From: Lama guanicoe | Lineage: Eukaryota | Direction: 5' to 3' | Length of the DNA stretch: 53,797 nucleotides | Assembly: GCA_013239625.1 (NCBI GenBank) | Contig: MU053653.1 | Location: 124,001 to 177,797, forward strand | In this document: one piece after another, positions 39,401-51,400 of the stretch | Numbering within the stretch: position 1 is the first letter of the stretch | Layout: every line of letters starts with the position of its first letter | Position numbers and translations under genes: made by a program | The notes under the pieces: generated by a model | What the model saw: the letters and a program-made list of their open reading frames with translations, nothing else | What the model was told of the DNA's origin: nothing | Database searches by the model: none

Positions 39401-42400
39401 TAGGACTCCAAAGTGGGGAGAAGATATCGGGATGCCAGCATTTGCCCTATCCTGGAGAAATGTAGGTGTGAGGCAGGAGAGGGCTTGGGGGCTCCAGGTC
39501 CAGCTCGGGAAGGAAATCCAAGTGGCCCAACATAGCCCTCTGCGACCTTTGTTTTGGAGATCTGGTCCCATCTTGGCCAAGTTTTCATTTTCATTTGTCC
39601 CCTTATGGTTCGCTCAAGCCTTTTTGGTATGAGATGGGGCAGATAATTATACCGATGACAAACTCTAAGAAGAGGGCTTTTGTACTGTTATGGGAAGAGA
39701 AAAGAGGGTGATGTGTGACTGCCCCCAAAGCCACCAGATTTGTCTGGGAATGCTGCGTGTGTGCACGTCTGCATGTCACCCCTGGATGCAGGTGCCGAGG
39801 CTGGAGGAAGAAGGCTGGGTGGCACGTGTATGAGCACCGTGGCCCCACAGCTGTGTGAACGCCATCTCCACAGCACAGAGGGCACTGATGCGATGGGGGA
39901 GGAGAGACTGCCTCATGTCAGGAGCCTTTCTGGGACAAGGGAGGCCTGGAGTCACGGCCTCACCCTGGTGTGCCCCCAGACCTGCTTGTGAAGCAGAAGT
40001 GCCACCTGGCAGAGTCGTTGGGCCGGTGTTTGTCTTATAAACACATGTGGGCTTGGTGCCAGCCTCGGCCACACAGAATCTGCCCAGGTGGCACTGAGGT
40101 CACACGAGGTGGGCCTTGCTGGGTCACTCCATCAGCCAGACCCAGTCTTGTCACTGGAAGGACATGGTGAGAAGTCTGTTCCCTGAGGGATCCTCCAGCC
40201 CAGGGGTCTGTGATTCATGGTCTTATGGCTCCCCTTGCTTAGCTATGCCCTTAACAGCTCACTTGGCTAGGAAGTCTCCTGATGCTGACCTAGGAGAAAG
40301 CCCGTCTAGGGTCGGGCCTGCAATGCCCCCACCCCGAGGAGGGCAGCAGGTAGGAGCTGCTACTCAGTCTTCCCTGCAGGAGGCCAGCCCCACCCTCTCC
40401 CTTCCGGGCCCGTGTCACTGAGCCCATTCCTCCATCACCCCGATCTACAGAGCTGCTCTCCTGTGTTATGGTCACTTCTCAGGCTCAGTCAGGCTGTGCT
40501 TATTCACTGCCTTCCTGGTCTCTGCTTTATTTAATTTTTACCTCAACATTATGCACTCCCATACTCTTAGCAGTCCTATCAGAAACCAAGTTATGTGACT
40601 TCCTACACTAAGGAGTGGTGACACGGGCCTTCTGCTGAAAGACCCAAAGGCCCTGTCCTTAACCCCTGAGCCAGCAGGGAGAAGAGGTTCCCCGTGAGCT
40701 GCTGCTCCTCAGGCCGCAAGGTACAGCCTTGACTGTCTCCCCAGGAGATCCCATCTGCCCCTTTCTGTCTCCTCCTGTAGGACGTGGATAGCAGCCTCGG
40801 GCTTGGTTTTGGCCCTGACATGGACTGGACATATCCAGGGGACAGGACAAGGGTAGGCAGCCAGTGCCCTGGGAGCAGCAGGTCCATTCTTGGCGGCTCT
40901 CTCGGCCGCTCTCTTGACCTAGAGAGCAAAGTGGGTTTGGTCACCCTGCGCCCTGCCCACCCTGTGCTGTAGACGGTTTCAATAGCAGCTCTGCTCTGCT
41001 TTCCAAGCAGCCCACATACCTGAGCCATTGTTGTGCTGCCCATCCACCCAGGGTATGGCCTCCAGCGAGCCTTCTGGACAGGTATGGCCCTCAGTACCGA
41101 GGTTTCCCCATGCCCCACTGAGAGGTCTTAGACTCTGTGCCCCTCCTGGACAGTAAAACCCTGGAAGCAGAGGAAGCACTCAGGCTGACCTGCTCTTGGG
41201 GGTAGAGCTCAGCTCCTTGACCTCCTGTCCTTGAGGGTCCTGCCACTCCAATAACGGCTCCTGTTTTGCCTAAGCCCAGCGACACTGACTTGGGAAGACT
41301 TCCCCTGGGTTCTGTCCAACCCACCTTAGCCTCAGGGACTGAGGATCCCAGGGCCAGTGCCGAGGTGGCAGGCTGGCCACCCTCTGCTTGGTGCTTTTCC
41401 TGGCCAGTCATCGGGGAGACTCGGGGGCCCTCACCTGGTGCGCATGGGCCCCTGGGGGCAGCCTGGCCCACCTCAGCGCAGAACAGCCCAGGTGGGCAAG
41501 GCAGGCACCAGCTCACATCTGGTGCCCCTTTCTCCGCATTCCAGGTGCCAGCAGGGCAGGGCCTCTGCCTGGGGTCCTTGGTGCCAGCAGGGCAAAAGTG
41601 GCCAGGGGGGCAGAGGTCACCAAAGGGGAGTCCCTCCTGCAGGAAAAGGGGTCTGTCAAGGCTTAAAGTCAGGAGCAAGGGGGTTCTCTCATGGTCCTGC
41701 CTGATCGCCTCTCTGGGGAAGCCTGCCTGGCTCAGCCTGGCCACTCCTGCTCCTGCATGTGCGTTGGTTTGCCCTCTGGGAACCGCTCTGGGAGTTTAAC
41801 TTTGCAGAAAAATAAAGTGAACTGTAATATTAAATAGCCTAAGCAGCCCCAATCCCGTGTCTGTTAGATGAAACTACTGATGCAGAGCCTCAGCTGTGGT
41901 CAGGTAACCTGTCTGTCTGTCTGTTTGTCTGTGTCCATCCATCCATCCATCCACCCGTCCCCTTCACACCAGCAAGCACAACTACTCGTCATTATTAATA
42001 GTTCCCCAGCTCCCCCCAGGCTTGGCATGGCATATCTCTGCCTAGACATTTTCTTATTTCTGGGCCATTGTGTTTTGTATATTTTTGTTTCGTTTTGTTT
42101 TTGCTATTAAGATTTGTGGTTTGAACATCTTTGCATAAATCACTATTTTTTCCCCTTTCAGGCTCCTTTCCACATTGGAGTGACTGGATTGGAAGACCTG
42201 AACTGCCTTGGGGCCCCTGCCATACACTGCCTGGGTACAAAGGACTTTGCTCCCCAGCAGTGCCTGCCAAGGGCTTTGGCAATTGTGTTTACTCTTGATG
42301 ATTAGTAGATGCATGTTGTGAAAAATGGCTTTGCTTCACGTGTCATTAGCTGTCAGCCCAGCTGCGCCCTTTCCTTAGCTGATGACATATTTGTATTTGG

Positions 42401-45400
42401 TCCCTCTTCAGGTGGAAGCTGGAAATCGACGTTAAATACCTTTTCTCTACTTTTTCACATTTTTATTGGCCGTGTGTAATAGTTGTGGGCCTACCAGCTC
42501 TGTCTCTGCAGTAGTTCCATCCTGTCTTTGCTGGGGGCGCACTGTCATCCCATTAGGTGGTGAGCCCTGAAGGGCAGGCACTAGGTCTTGCCCTCTGTTG
42601 CGGCCCCCAGCCCCGGCCCAGGCCTCTGCGCTTAGGCTAGCCTTGCCTCTGGGAGGCCCAGTGGGGCCTGCACTCACCGGGGAAGAGGTGTTGGAACCAG
42701 GCCCACAGTGATACCCAGGATGGCATAGCCCCTGGGGCTCAGCCAGGCCGGCTTTGCCGCAGAAGGTCCCAGAGCGGCATGGCTGGCAGTCCTCCACGTG
42801 GGCGGCCCCAGGGGCCTCTCGGAAAGTGCCCTGGGCAGAGAGAAGAATACCACCAAGATCAAGGTCCTGGAGACCAGAATAGGGGCTCCAGGCCTGAACA
42901 GGTTGGCTACTCTGCCAAGAAGGGAGGAGAGCAGGGCCCCTTTACCCTCACCTGGGACAGGAGGAGCAGGGGAACGGGAGATCCCTGATCGAGAAATGAG
43001 CCTCCAATGAGGGGAGGCTAAGGAAAAAAAAAAAAAGAAAAAGAAGAAGAAGAAGAAAGAAATGAGCCTCCAAGACACTCGCAGGAATGGGTGGGATTTA
43101 CTTTTCGACAGATCGAAAGAGTTTGACCGCAAAGTGCCCATCCGATGAGGAGCGTCGTAGCTAGAAGTCATTCGATCTTGCTAGCAGGCAGGAAAAGAGA
43201 ACAGGCCGCCTAAGAGGTGCGTGTATCTTGGGGAGAGGAAGCCGTGGTGTAGGGGGTAGTGGGGACAGGGGGCTTATGGGGCTTGGAGAGCAAATGCTGC
43301 CCTTCCTGCCCAGGCCCCACCTGGCCTCCTTCCTTTCTCTGCGTCCCTCTCACCCCCACAAGCCTGTGTCACTTTGTCCCTTGTGACTTTCTGGTCTGGC
43401 AGCACTATCAGAAACCAGCTGCAGGAAAGTGAGCGGCCCAGCCCTCATCTGAGCTGGGGTGGGAGGAGGAGGGCTGGGTGCAAAGGCTGGACCGCTGCAC
43501 ACACCACGGTGAAGGGATGCTGTCTGTCCCACCCACCCGGACAGGGCTGATGGCTCTAGAACTTCCCCACCCAAAAGCAAAGAAAGGCTGGAAGCGTGGA
43601 GGGGAGCTTCTCACCCTGGGACAGGGGATGGACAGCAGGCCCCGGGCTGGGCAGTAGTGCCCGGGTGGACATGCAAGGGGGCTAGCCAGCTTTGTCTGGT
43701 TGCAGAGTTTTCCTCCTGGGCACTCCTGACACCAGAGACGACCTGGACCCTGGAAAGAGGGATTGGTAGTAAGGCTGGTTTCTTTCCACACCGCTAACAT
43801 TTGGGCCATGCCTGGTGCATAGCAGGCACTCAGGAAATGTGTTGAATTGCATTGGAGATGCTTCTGGCCTGGGCCCCAGGCTCTGTGTTTGCGCCTTCCT
43901 TTCTGAGGAGGGCAGGGCCTGAGAGTGCCTGAGCACAGGGCAGATGCCAGTAGAACTGAGGTGCTCTCTGGGCATCTGACTTGGTCCACACGTTGTCAGC
44001 GTCCGGAGGGAGGGCCGGGATGGAGCCTCTGCTCTGCTGGCCACCACCCCACCTCCCTTACCTTAGAACCCTCCCATTTCCAGGCCCGCTGAGGGAACAC
44101 TTACTGAGAAGCTGCCAGCACTGCATGGCCGTGGAGTGGCGGTGCCCAGCTCAGGGCAGTGGTGACCAGCTGGGCACAGCACACAGGCCACAGCCAGCCT
44201 CGCACCAGGACTCTGGCGGGAGGTTCCCCTGAAGGAGAAGTAGAGAGCTGAGGGGGTGGGGCCCACAGCCTTGCTGGGGGAGGAGCTGTGACAGCCACAT
44301 GCGGTCACCATTGTCCCCATGCACACCATAGGGTTCAAGAGCAATCAGGCCCCTAGGTAGGGCTGAGGATGTGCCCGGTGTGACCTAGTGGTAGTGAGGC
44401 ACAAGAGAGTTTGAAACCAGGCTGTGGGCTAATTGCGCTTCTTTTGAAGTGTCTGTTCCTTCGCTTTGCTTGTATTTTCCATTCGGTTTTCTCTCTGTCT
44501 TATTTTAACTGATTTGCAATGGCTCTTTGCATAATAAGGCAGTAAGTAGATGGATGTTAGCCCGTCATTCGTGCTGAAAATACCTCCCTGCTTTGTGGTT
44601 TGCCTTTTACCTTTGTTTAGGATGACTTTGAAGGACAGAAGCTATAACGTTGTCCAAATCTTACAGTCTTTTCCTCAATTATTCTGCTTTTCGTGTCACG
44701 CTTAGATTTTCCACACTCTGTCAGATTTTATTAATCTCTATTTATATTTTGTTCGTAATTTTATAATTTTTTTACATTGAAATCCATATTTGTTCTGAAA
44801 TTTATTTTGGTTAATGTTGTTTTCACTTTTTACAAGAACAAGTATTATTTTTTAAATTAAAAACTCTGAGTTTTACTTTTTGACTAGAGGAATAAAAGGC
44901 ACTTCTTGCTAAAAATGTCATATCAACAGAGAACCCCGGAGCTTGGGCCAAATCTCTGCTGAGAACTTGGCTGGCATTAGCTCCCAGCGCACTTGGCCTA
45001 TTGGCTGAGCTGCTCTGAATCAGCTTCTCCACTGGCGTGTGGGCACCTCGCCCACTGACTGCAGCCCAAAGCATTCTCCCTCTATCTATATCTGGGCCCA
45101 TGGGGTCCCGAGCCCTGGCCCCTGCCCATCCTATTCCTGTGTCTTGTCTCCAGAAGGCTGCAGGCCCTAAGGGCAGTCTGTCTTTGAAGATTCCTCAGTG
45201 CCCAGAGCAGCACTGGGCTCTAGCGGGTAACATATGGTCACTTAGCTTCAAGAACAGCCACACCCCTCAGCCTCCTTTACCGTGGGCAGAGCACAGGCTT
45301 GGGTGTTCCACGAGGGCAGAAGGCCCCTGGTGGGCAGGGCAGACAGTCTTCTGCCTGGCTGTTGCCTGCCTGAGAGCTGTAGGTGCCTGCTGGGCAGGGG

Positions 45401-48400
45401 AACTGGGTGCCCCACTTTGTACCTGCGTTAGAGAAAAAAGCAGGGGTCTGAGGAGGGAAGAGGTGGGTGGTCAGAGCTGCACTATCCAGGCACAGCAGCT
45501 CCTCACCTCCTCCCTGGGGACAGGTCCTCAAGGGAGGCCACTGGGGTTGGGCACGGAATGGGGGGTGCCACTCACTGAGGACCCAGCCTTTGTCTGGGCT
45601 GACAAGCCCTGTGACTCTCCAGTCAGGAAGCTCGCTGACTGACCACTCCCAGCCCTCCTCTCAGGAAGGTCTTCCTGAAATCTCACCTTAATCTGGGAGA
45701 CATGCAGGCTGGCCCATGCATATTTCACTCCAAATACTGACCTGTGACCTTGCCAGGGCAGTCTCTGGCCCTACTCACCTTGTGGGCAGTAATGTCCAGC
45801 TGTGCATGTCCCTGAGGGCACCTGGGCTCCACTGACACAGAACCAACCCCCGGGACAGGGCGTACACTCCTCGCCCGCAGTCAGTCCGGTCCGGTTACTC
45901 CAGGTGCCTGGGGGACACTGGAACTGGGTTGGCTGTTTGGTGCCCTGAGGGCAATAATGGCCAGCTGGGCAGGGGGTGGGGGGCCAGGCTGAACCCCCTG
46001 TTCCTGCAAACACAGTCCTGAGCTAGGCCTGAAGGAGCAGCAGCCCCTGCAGTCGCATCCCTCGGGCAGGTGGCAGGGACACTGGCTGGGGCTCAGCCCT
46101 GGGGAAGGGGTGTCTGGGTTGCAGGTGGCCCAGAGGCTGCTCCACCTGAGGCAGTGGGGCAAGACTGGGAAAGCTCTTCCTGGCCCCACCCTCAAGCACC
46201 CAATGTGGGGGAAGGAGGGGCTGTGGGCCAGGGTCTGTTTTCCTGGCCCCTGCCTTGGAGTGCAACTGGTTCTTCGCCCCTAGGCAGGGTATGGCAGGTG
46301 GCGAGGCTGCCTCTCGTGCCCCTCACTTACCTCTAGGACAGGCCAGTCCCGAGGGGCAGATCTCACACTGTGACAGGTCAGAGAGGTCCCTGCGGTTGCT
46401 GAAGGTCCCTGGGGGACAGGCATGAGTGGGAGCGTCGGGACTTGAGGAGCCCACAGGGCACATGTACCTATGACAACCGAGGAGTCAGAGCTTAGTACCC
46501 ACCATGCAGAACCCAACATCCTGGAGAATCACAATAAAATCCCCCTGGGCCCGCAGGCCTGCTGTGTGGCTTTGGCATGGTAACTTGGCCTCTCTGAGCT
46601 GCCTTTTTCCTATGGAAAAGCCAGGAGTTGCCCAGCTGCTTCCTGAGCACGCTCAGGCCCCAGTGCTCCTACAGGAGGTCCAGGAATCCTGGGCTGGTGT
46701 GACCCTGAGCTCTGCTCTGGGGCCAGGGGCTCAGCCCTCCCAAGACACTGAGACAGGTGAATACTTGGAGAAGCCTCACCTGAACCCGAGGGCCTGACTC
46801 TCTAATGGTGGTAGGAGGATTCAGAGCCCCCATCCAGTCACCCTGTCATTGAGAACTCAAAGCCCCTTACCCCGGTGTGCACTCTGTGTCTGGCTGAGTC
46901 AGCCCAGCCTGGGTGCAGGCCTTGCCTGCTGGGCACGGAGTGCAGTCTGTGGCTTCATCCTGGCCTGGGTGGGGACTGAATGTGCCTGGCTGGCATGGGA
47001 TGGGGTGGGTGGTTCCGTTGGGACAGAAGTGTCCTGCCGGGCACTGCAGACACTGGCTGAGAACTGGAGAGAGAACAGCCCACATCACTGTAGTAACAGG
47101 TAACGTATTGTGTGAAGAGAAAATCCTGAAATCTACATACCAAAAAAAAAAAAAGGCACTATAGCAAGCAAATGAAGCAGGTAAGATTAAAGGATACAAA
47201 GTCAACATAAAAAAGTCAATACTAGCCAGGGCCTCTAAGAGATATTTGTACACCCATGTTCATAGCGGCATTACTCACAGTAGCTAAAATGTGGAAGCAA
47301 CCCAAATGTCCATCAGCAGGAAAATGGATAAGCAAAATGTGGTATATATGTACAATGGAATATTGTTCAGCCTTAAAAAAGGGAAAAATTCAGATATACG
47401 TGACACTGTGGATGAACCTTGAGGATGTTATACTAAGTGAAATAAGCTAGTCATAAAAAGACAAATACCGTGTGATTCCACTTAAATGAGATACTTAGAG
47501 TTGTCAAAGTCATAGAAACAGGAAGCAGAATGCTGCTTGCCAGGAGCCTGGGGGGAAAAGGGGAATGGGGGATTATTGCCTAATGGGTACAGAGGTCTAG
47601 GTTTACAAGATGAAAAGAGCTGTGAGGATGGAAGGTGGTGATAGTTGGACATCATGAATGTATTTCATACCACTGAACTGTACACTTACAAATGGTTAAG
47701 ATGGTAACTTTTATGTATATTTTTTACCACAATAATAAACAAATCGAAAAATCCCAATAATAGCTACAAACACCAGGAAATTGAAATAAAAAATACAGTT
47801 CCATTGACAACAACCTCCAGAAACAGTAAACAATAAATCGGGAATAAATCTGACAATGTACGTGCAGGCCCTGTATACTGAGAACTGTGACCCTCTGCCA
47901 ATACTGCGTGTCCAGGAAGGAGGAGAACCAGTACTTGCACGTCTATGGGGCCCACGCGCCGCAATGTGCCGCGTGCTTCCTTCCTCCTGCACTGACTCAT
48001 TGCATTCTCCCCACAGCCCTGTGGGTGTGTTTGGGGCGGGGGTAGCTGGACTCTGCTCCTCAGAGACCACCTGGGCTCCCTGGGGGTGTGCAGGCCAAGC
48101 CGAGCACTGCGGACCCAGCACCGTCCTAGCCCATCCTGGTACAGTCAGGGTCCCCTGCCTGCTCTCACGTACATGTGGGGCAGGGCTGGCAGCCGAGGCC
48201 TCTGTCTGAGAATAAGGGGCCCAGAGGGCAGAAGAAATAGCTACCATGCTGCGGGCGTGGCTGCTGTCTAGGCTGGACAACAAAGAAACACAGGTGAGGG
48301 TGCAGGTAGATCGTGACTAACACCTGTACCTGGAGGCTGCCGATATTTGGGATTCCAGCTCAGGTGCTTACTTTTGTCAAGTGTCTTTGCAGATTCCCTA

Positions 48401-51400
48401 ACCTAAAAGAAGAGCACCGCAACGCTGCTTGCACATGTCACAGTGAGGAGGAATTAACCCTGTGAGCCACAGAGCTTCATGGTGAAGGGGTGGTTCTTAG
48501 TTTCTCCTTCTCCTCTAACTCTTGGTGGAGGCTGCAGCCCCAGGACTTACGTGCTGAGATGTAGGATGGCCTGCCTGATCCTTGTCCTCTGACCCCGTGC
48601 CACACATTGTAGGTTCCTGGTGACACGTGCTGAGTGAATGACTAAGTCATGAGGCGGCTGCTGTGGTGTTTGTGTCACAGCTCTGTAGCTTCTGCCTTAA
48701 CTGCACGCTAAGTGGGAGCAATGGCTCTGAACCTCCCAGCACTCACATGCATCATCTCCTTGATCCCTGCAGTGGCCCCAGAGGCCGGTACACTTGCTTC
48801 CAGGTTACACTGGATGGGTGAGTCCCCAGACTCCGGGTCAGAAGTGGGCAGCGACTGTTGGCTTCCTCACCACGGAGAGGTGCTAACTTCTTCCTGCCGG
48901 CTCCCTTCCCTCCCTGCCAGCCCCTGCCAAGAATGGTTGAGACAAGGAGCTGCCCTCTCCTGGGGATCACCCAGCAGTCCTTCCTTCCTGTGAGTCTGGG
49001 GAACCCATTGCCGGTTCCGGTGGGACATGGCTGAGAGCCGTCCTGCCTGCCAGGCAGCTGCAAATGCCAACAGAAGTTGAGCGACTGAGGAGAGACCCCG
49101 TAGCCCAGGGAGGTGCCAGCCAGGGGACAGTTGGGCCTTAATGGCAGCAGAGATGGCACTGAGGTCCTTTACCCCTGGCCTGGGTACGTTCAGGTTTCCC
49201 ACAAGCCTTGGCCACAGGCTGGCCCACTTTCGGCCTACCCCAACTGGGACAGGATGGATGGAGAAGGGAGAGTGTCCCCAGTTGGACGACTCAGAGCTGA
49301 TAGTCAAGGCTGGGGTCCTGGGGACAGGGTCAGTTCCTCATAGGTCTCTGGGAGGACAGCCTCAGGATGTCTGTGCAGGGTTCCCAGACCAGTCTGACCA
49401 CCCAGGGCTTGTCCTGGGGGCTCGGGGAGAAGGGGTTGAAGTTGTGGAGCCATGGGCTGAGGTGTGACCCCTTCCTCTGGTCTGAGGAGGGACCACAAGC
49501 AGCAGGAGTCACCGACAGTGAACTGGAGAGAGCAGATGGTCTGACAGCCAGCCCCACTTCCCAGGTGAGGACTTACCAGGTCACAGGACTGGGAAGCAGA
49601 GCCCAACCAGGTACCCACCCTGCACCTTGAATTCGATCGAGGTCAGAAGTCTGTGCCCTGGGCAGCCTCTGGGCGATCGACCACCGGGCATCTGTGCACA
49701 CTAGGCTGCGCCCCAGGCAGTGCTCAACCCTTGGGAGCTCATTACACTTAGGGCTGTCATGGGAAGAACCTGTATGGGTTCCCTTTGCAGGTCCCCCTCC
49801 TCCAGAGAGGGGGCAGCCACCTCGCCACCCCTCGTCCTCAGCTTGCCCTTCCTGCCCTTTCCCTCCCCCTCCCTGGGGCACAAGTGTGTCTGCTCCTTAC
49901 TAAAAGCCAGCGGGGCACTGCAGGCAGCCCCCAGCCACAGAGTGCCATTCTGACAGGCAGGCGACGGGGCCCAGGAGGCAGCAGTGGGCCCTGCTGTGGG
50001 GAGAGAGGGCGGCTGTCCCTGTGAAAAGCCGAGGAGAGGAGGGCGGCGCTGGTGTGAGACTGATGCTCCCCATGGAGCCCCTGAGTGGGGCCTTCTCTCA
50101 TGATGGTGTTTCTTCAGCAAAAGCCTGCTGTCATAATGCACCAGTCCGCACTGAGGACATGGGATGCAGTGGCTGGTATTGCGGACCACGGCTCTCCTGG
50201 GCACAGCCAGCGTGAGAGACAAGAAGAGAAAGGCACGAAGATCATGCATCGGGGGCCCCAGGTCGGCTGAGGGGCCTCCCGAGATCCTGGAAACCTGATG
50301 CGCTGAGGAAGCCTCAGGGCTTTGTTGTCCCCCTTACCTGCTCAAATTTCCAGGCTCTCAGAGCACCTGCAGTCAGCAGTGCAGAACAGCTGAGCTGACA
50401 TTTCATCTGGTCAGCCTGCTTGTTTTACACAAGGGGAAGCTGGCATGACTGGCCAGAGCCACGCTGGGACCCTGGTGCAGGGGCTGCGGTCTGTGTCCCT
50501 GCAGGTCCCAGGGCAGGGTGTGCTGCTCCTCCCTGGGCCCTCTGCCCCCACCCTCCCCGACAAGATCTCTGCTGGACTGAAGACCCAAGGAAGGGCTGCC
50601 TGGGCTTCACCTCAGAGCAGCTCAGCAAATCTTTACTTGGGACCCCAAGAGGCCCCAGGCTGTGGTGGCACAGACAGGTCTGGTTCAGATCCCAGCTTCT
50701 CCACCTACTATCATTTAGCAACTTCTCTCTAGCTCAGGTTTACTGGGACACAATACCTACCTCAGAGAATTGTGTGGACAATAAATGAAAATGATGTGTT
50801 TATATATATATATATATATATATAGTTTATATATTAAATACATATGTATTAAATAAATATATATAAATTTATATCTTATAGAAGCTATATATAATTATAT
50901 CTAAGATGCATATTTTAAGTAATCAGATATAAGATTTTATATATGTATCTATCAAACTTTCGTTTAGTAAAGACAATACAAGTACTTATTTCACATGAGG
51001 CCCAGAGAGGCAGACAGTTTATAGAGAAAAACTAATCCCCTTACAGGGCTGCCTGTAACTCCAGAGCCCGGGAGAAGGTGCAGAGAAGGATGAGAGGGCC
51101 AGAGAGAGTCAGCCCCGAGAATTCGGGTCCGCGGAGGCTGTCACTTGGGTTGGAGAGCGGGTGGAGGCCTGCAGATGAGTGCAGGTTACAGGAACCCAGA
51201 GGAGGGGCCCGCAGTGTGTGCCCCCTCCCCTGCTTTCAGGCACTGACCCAGCAGTGATGAAGGCCATGGGTTGGGCTCATAACCTAGACCTGACACTCAC
51301 TCATGCCATGCTCTTGACCAAGTCTTCTGAAAAGTGAGTTTGAGTCATATCCACGCACAGAGGTGATGAGCGTTCTCAGAGAGAATGCAGGCAGAGGCCT

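Noticed and set aside
49577..50366. Small candidate exons 49577-49619 and 50338-50366
   Set aside because: Good donors but weak acceptors, no repeat motif and phases that do not chain
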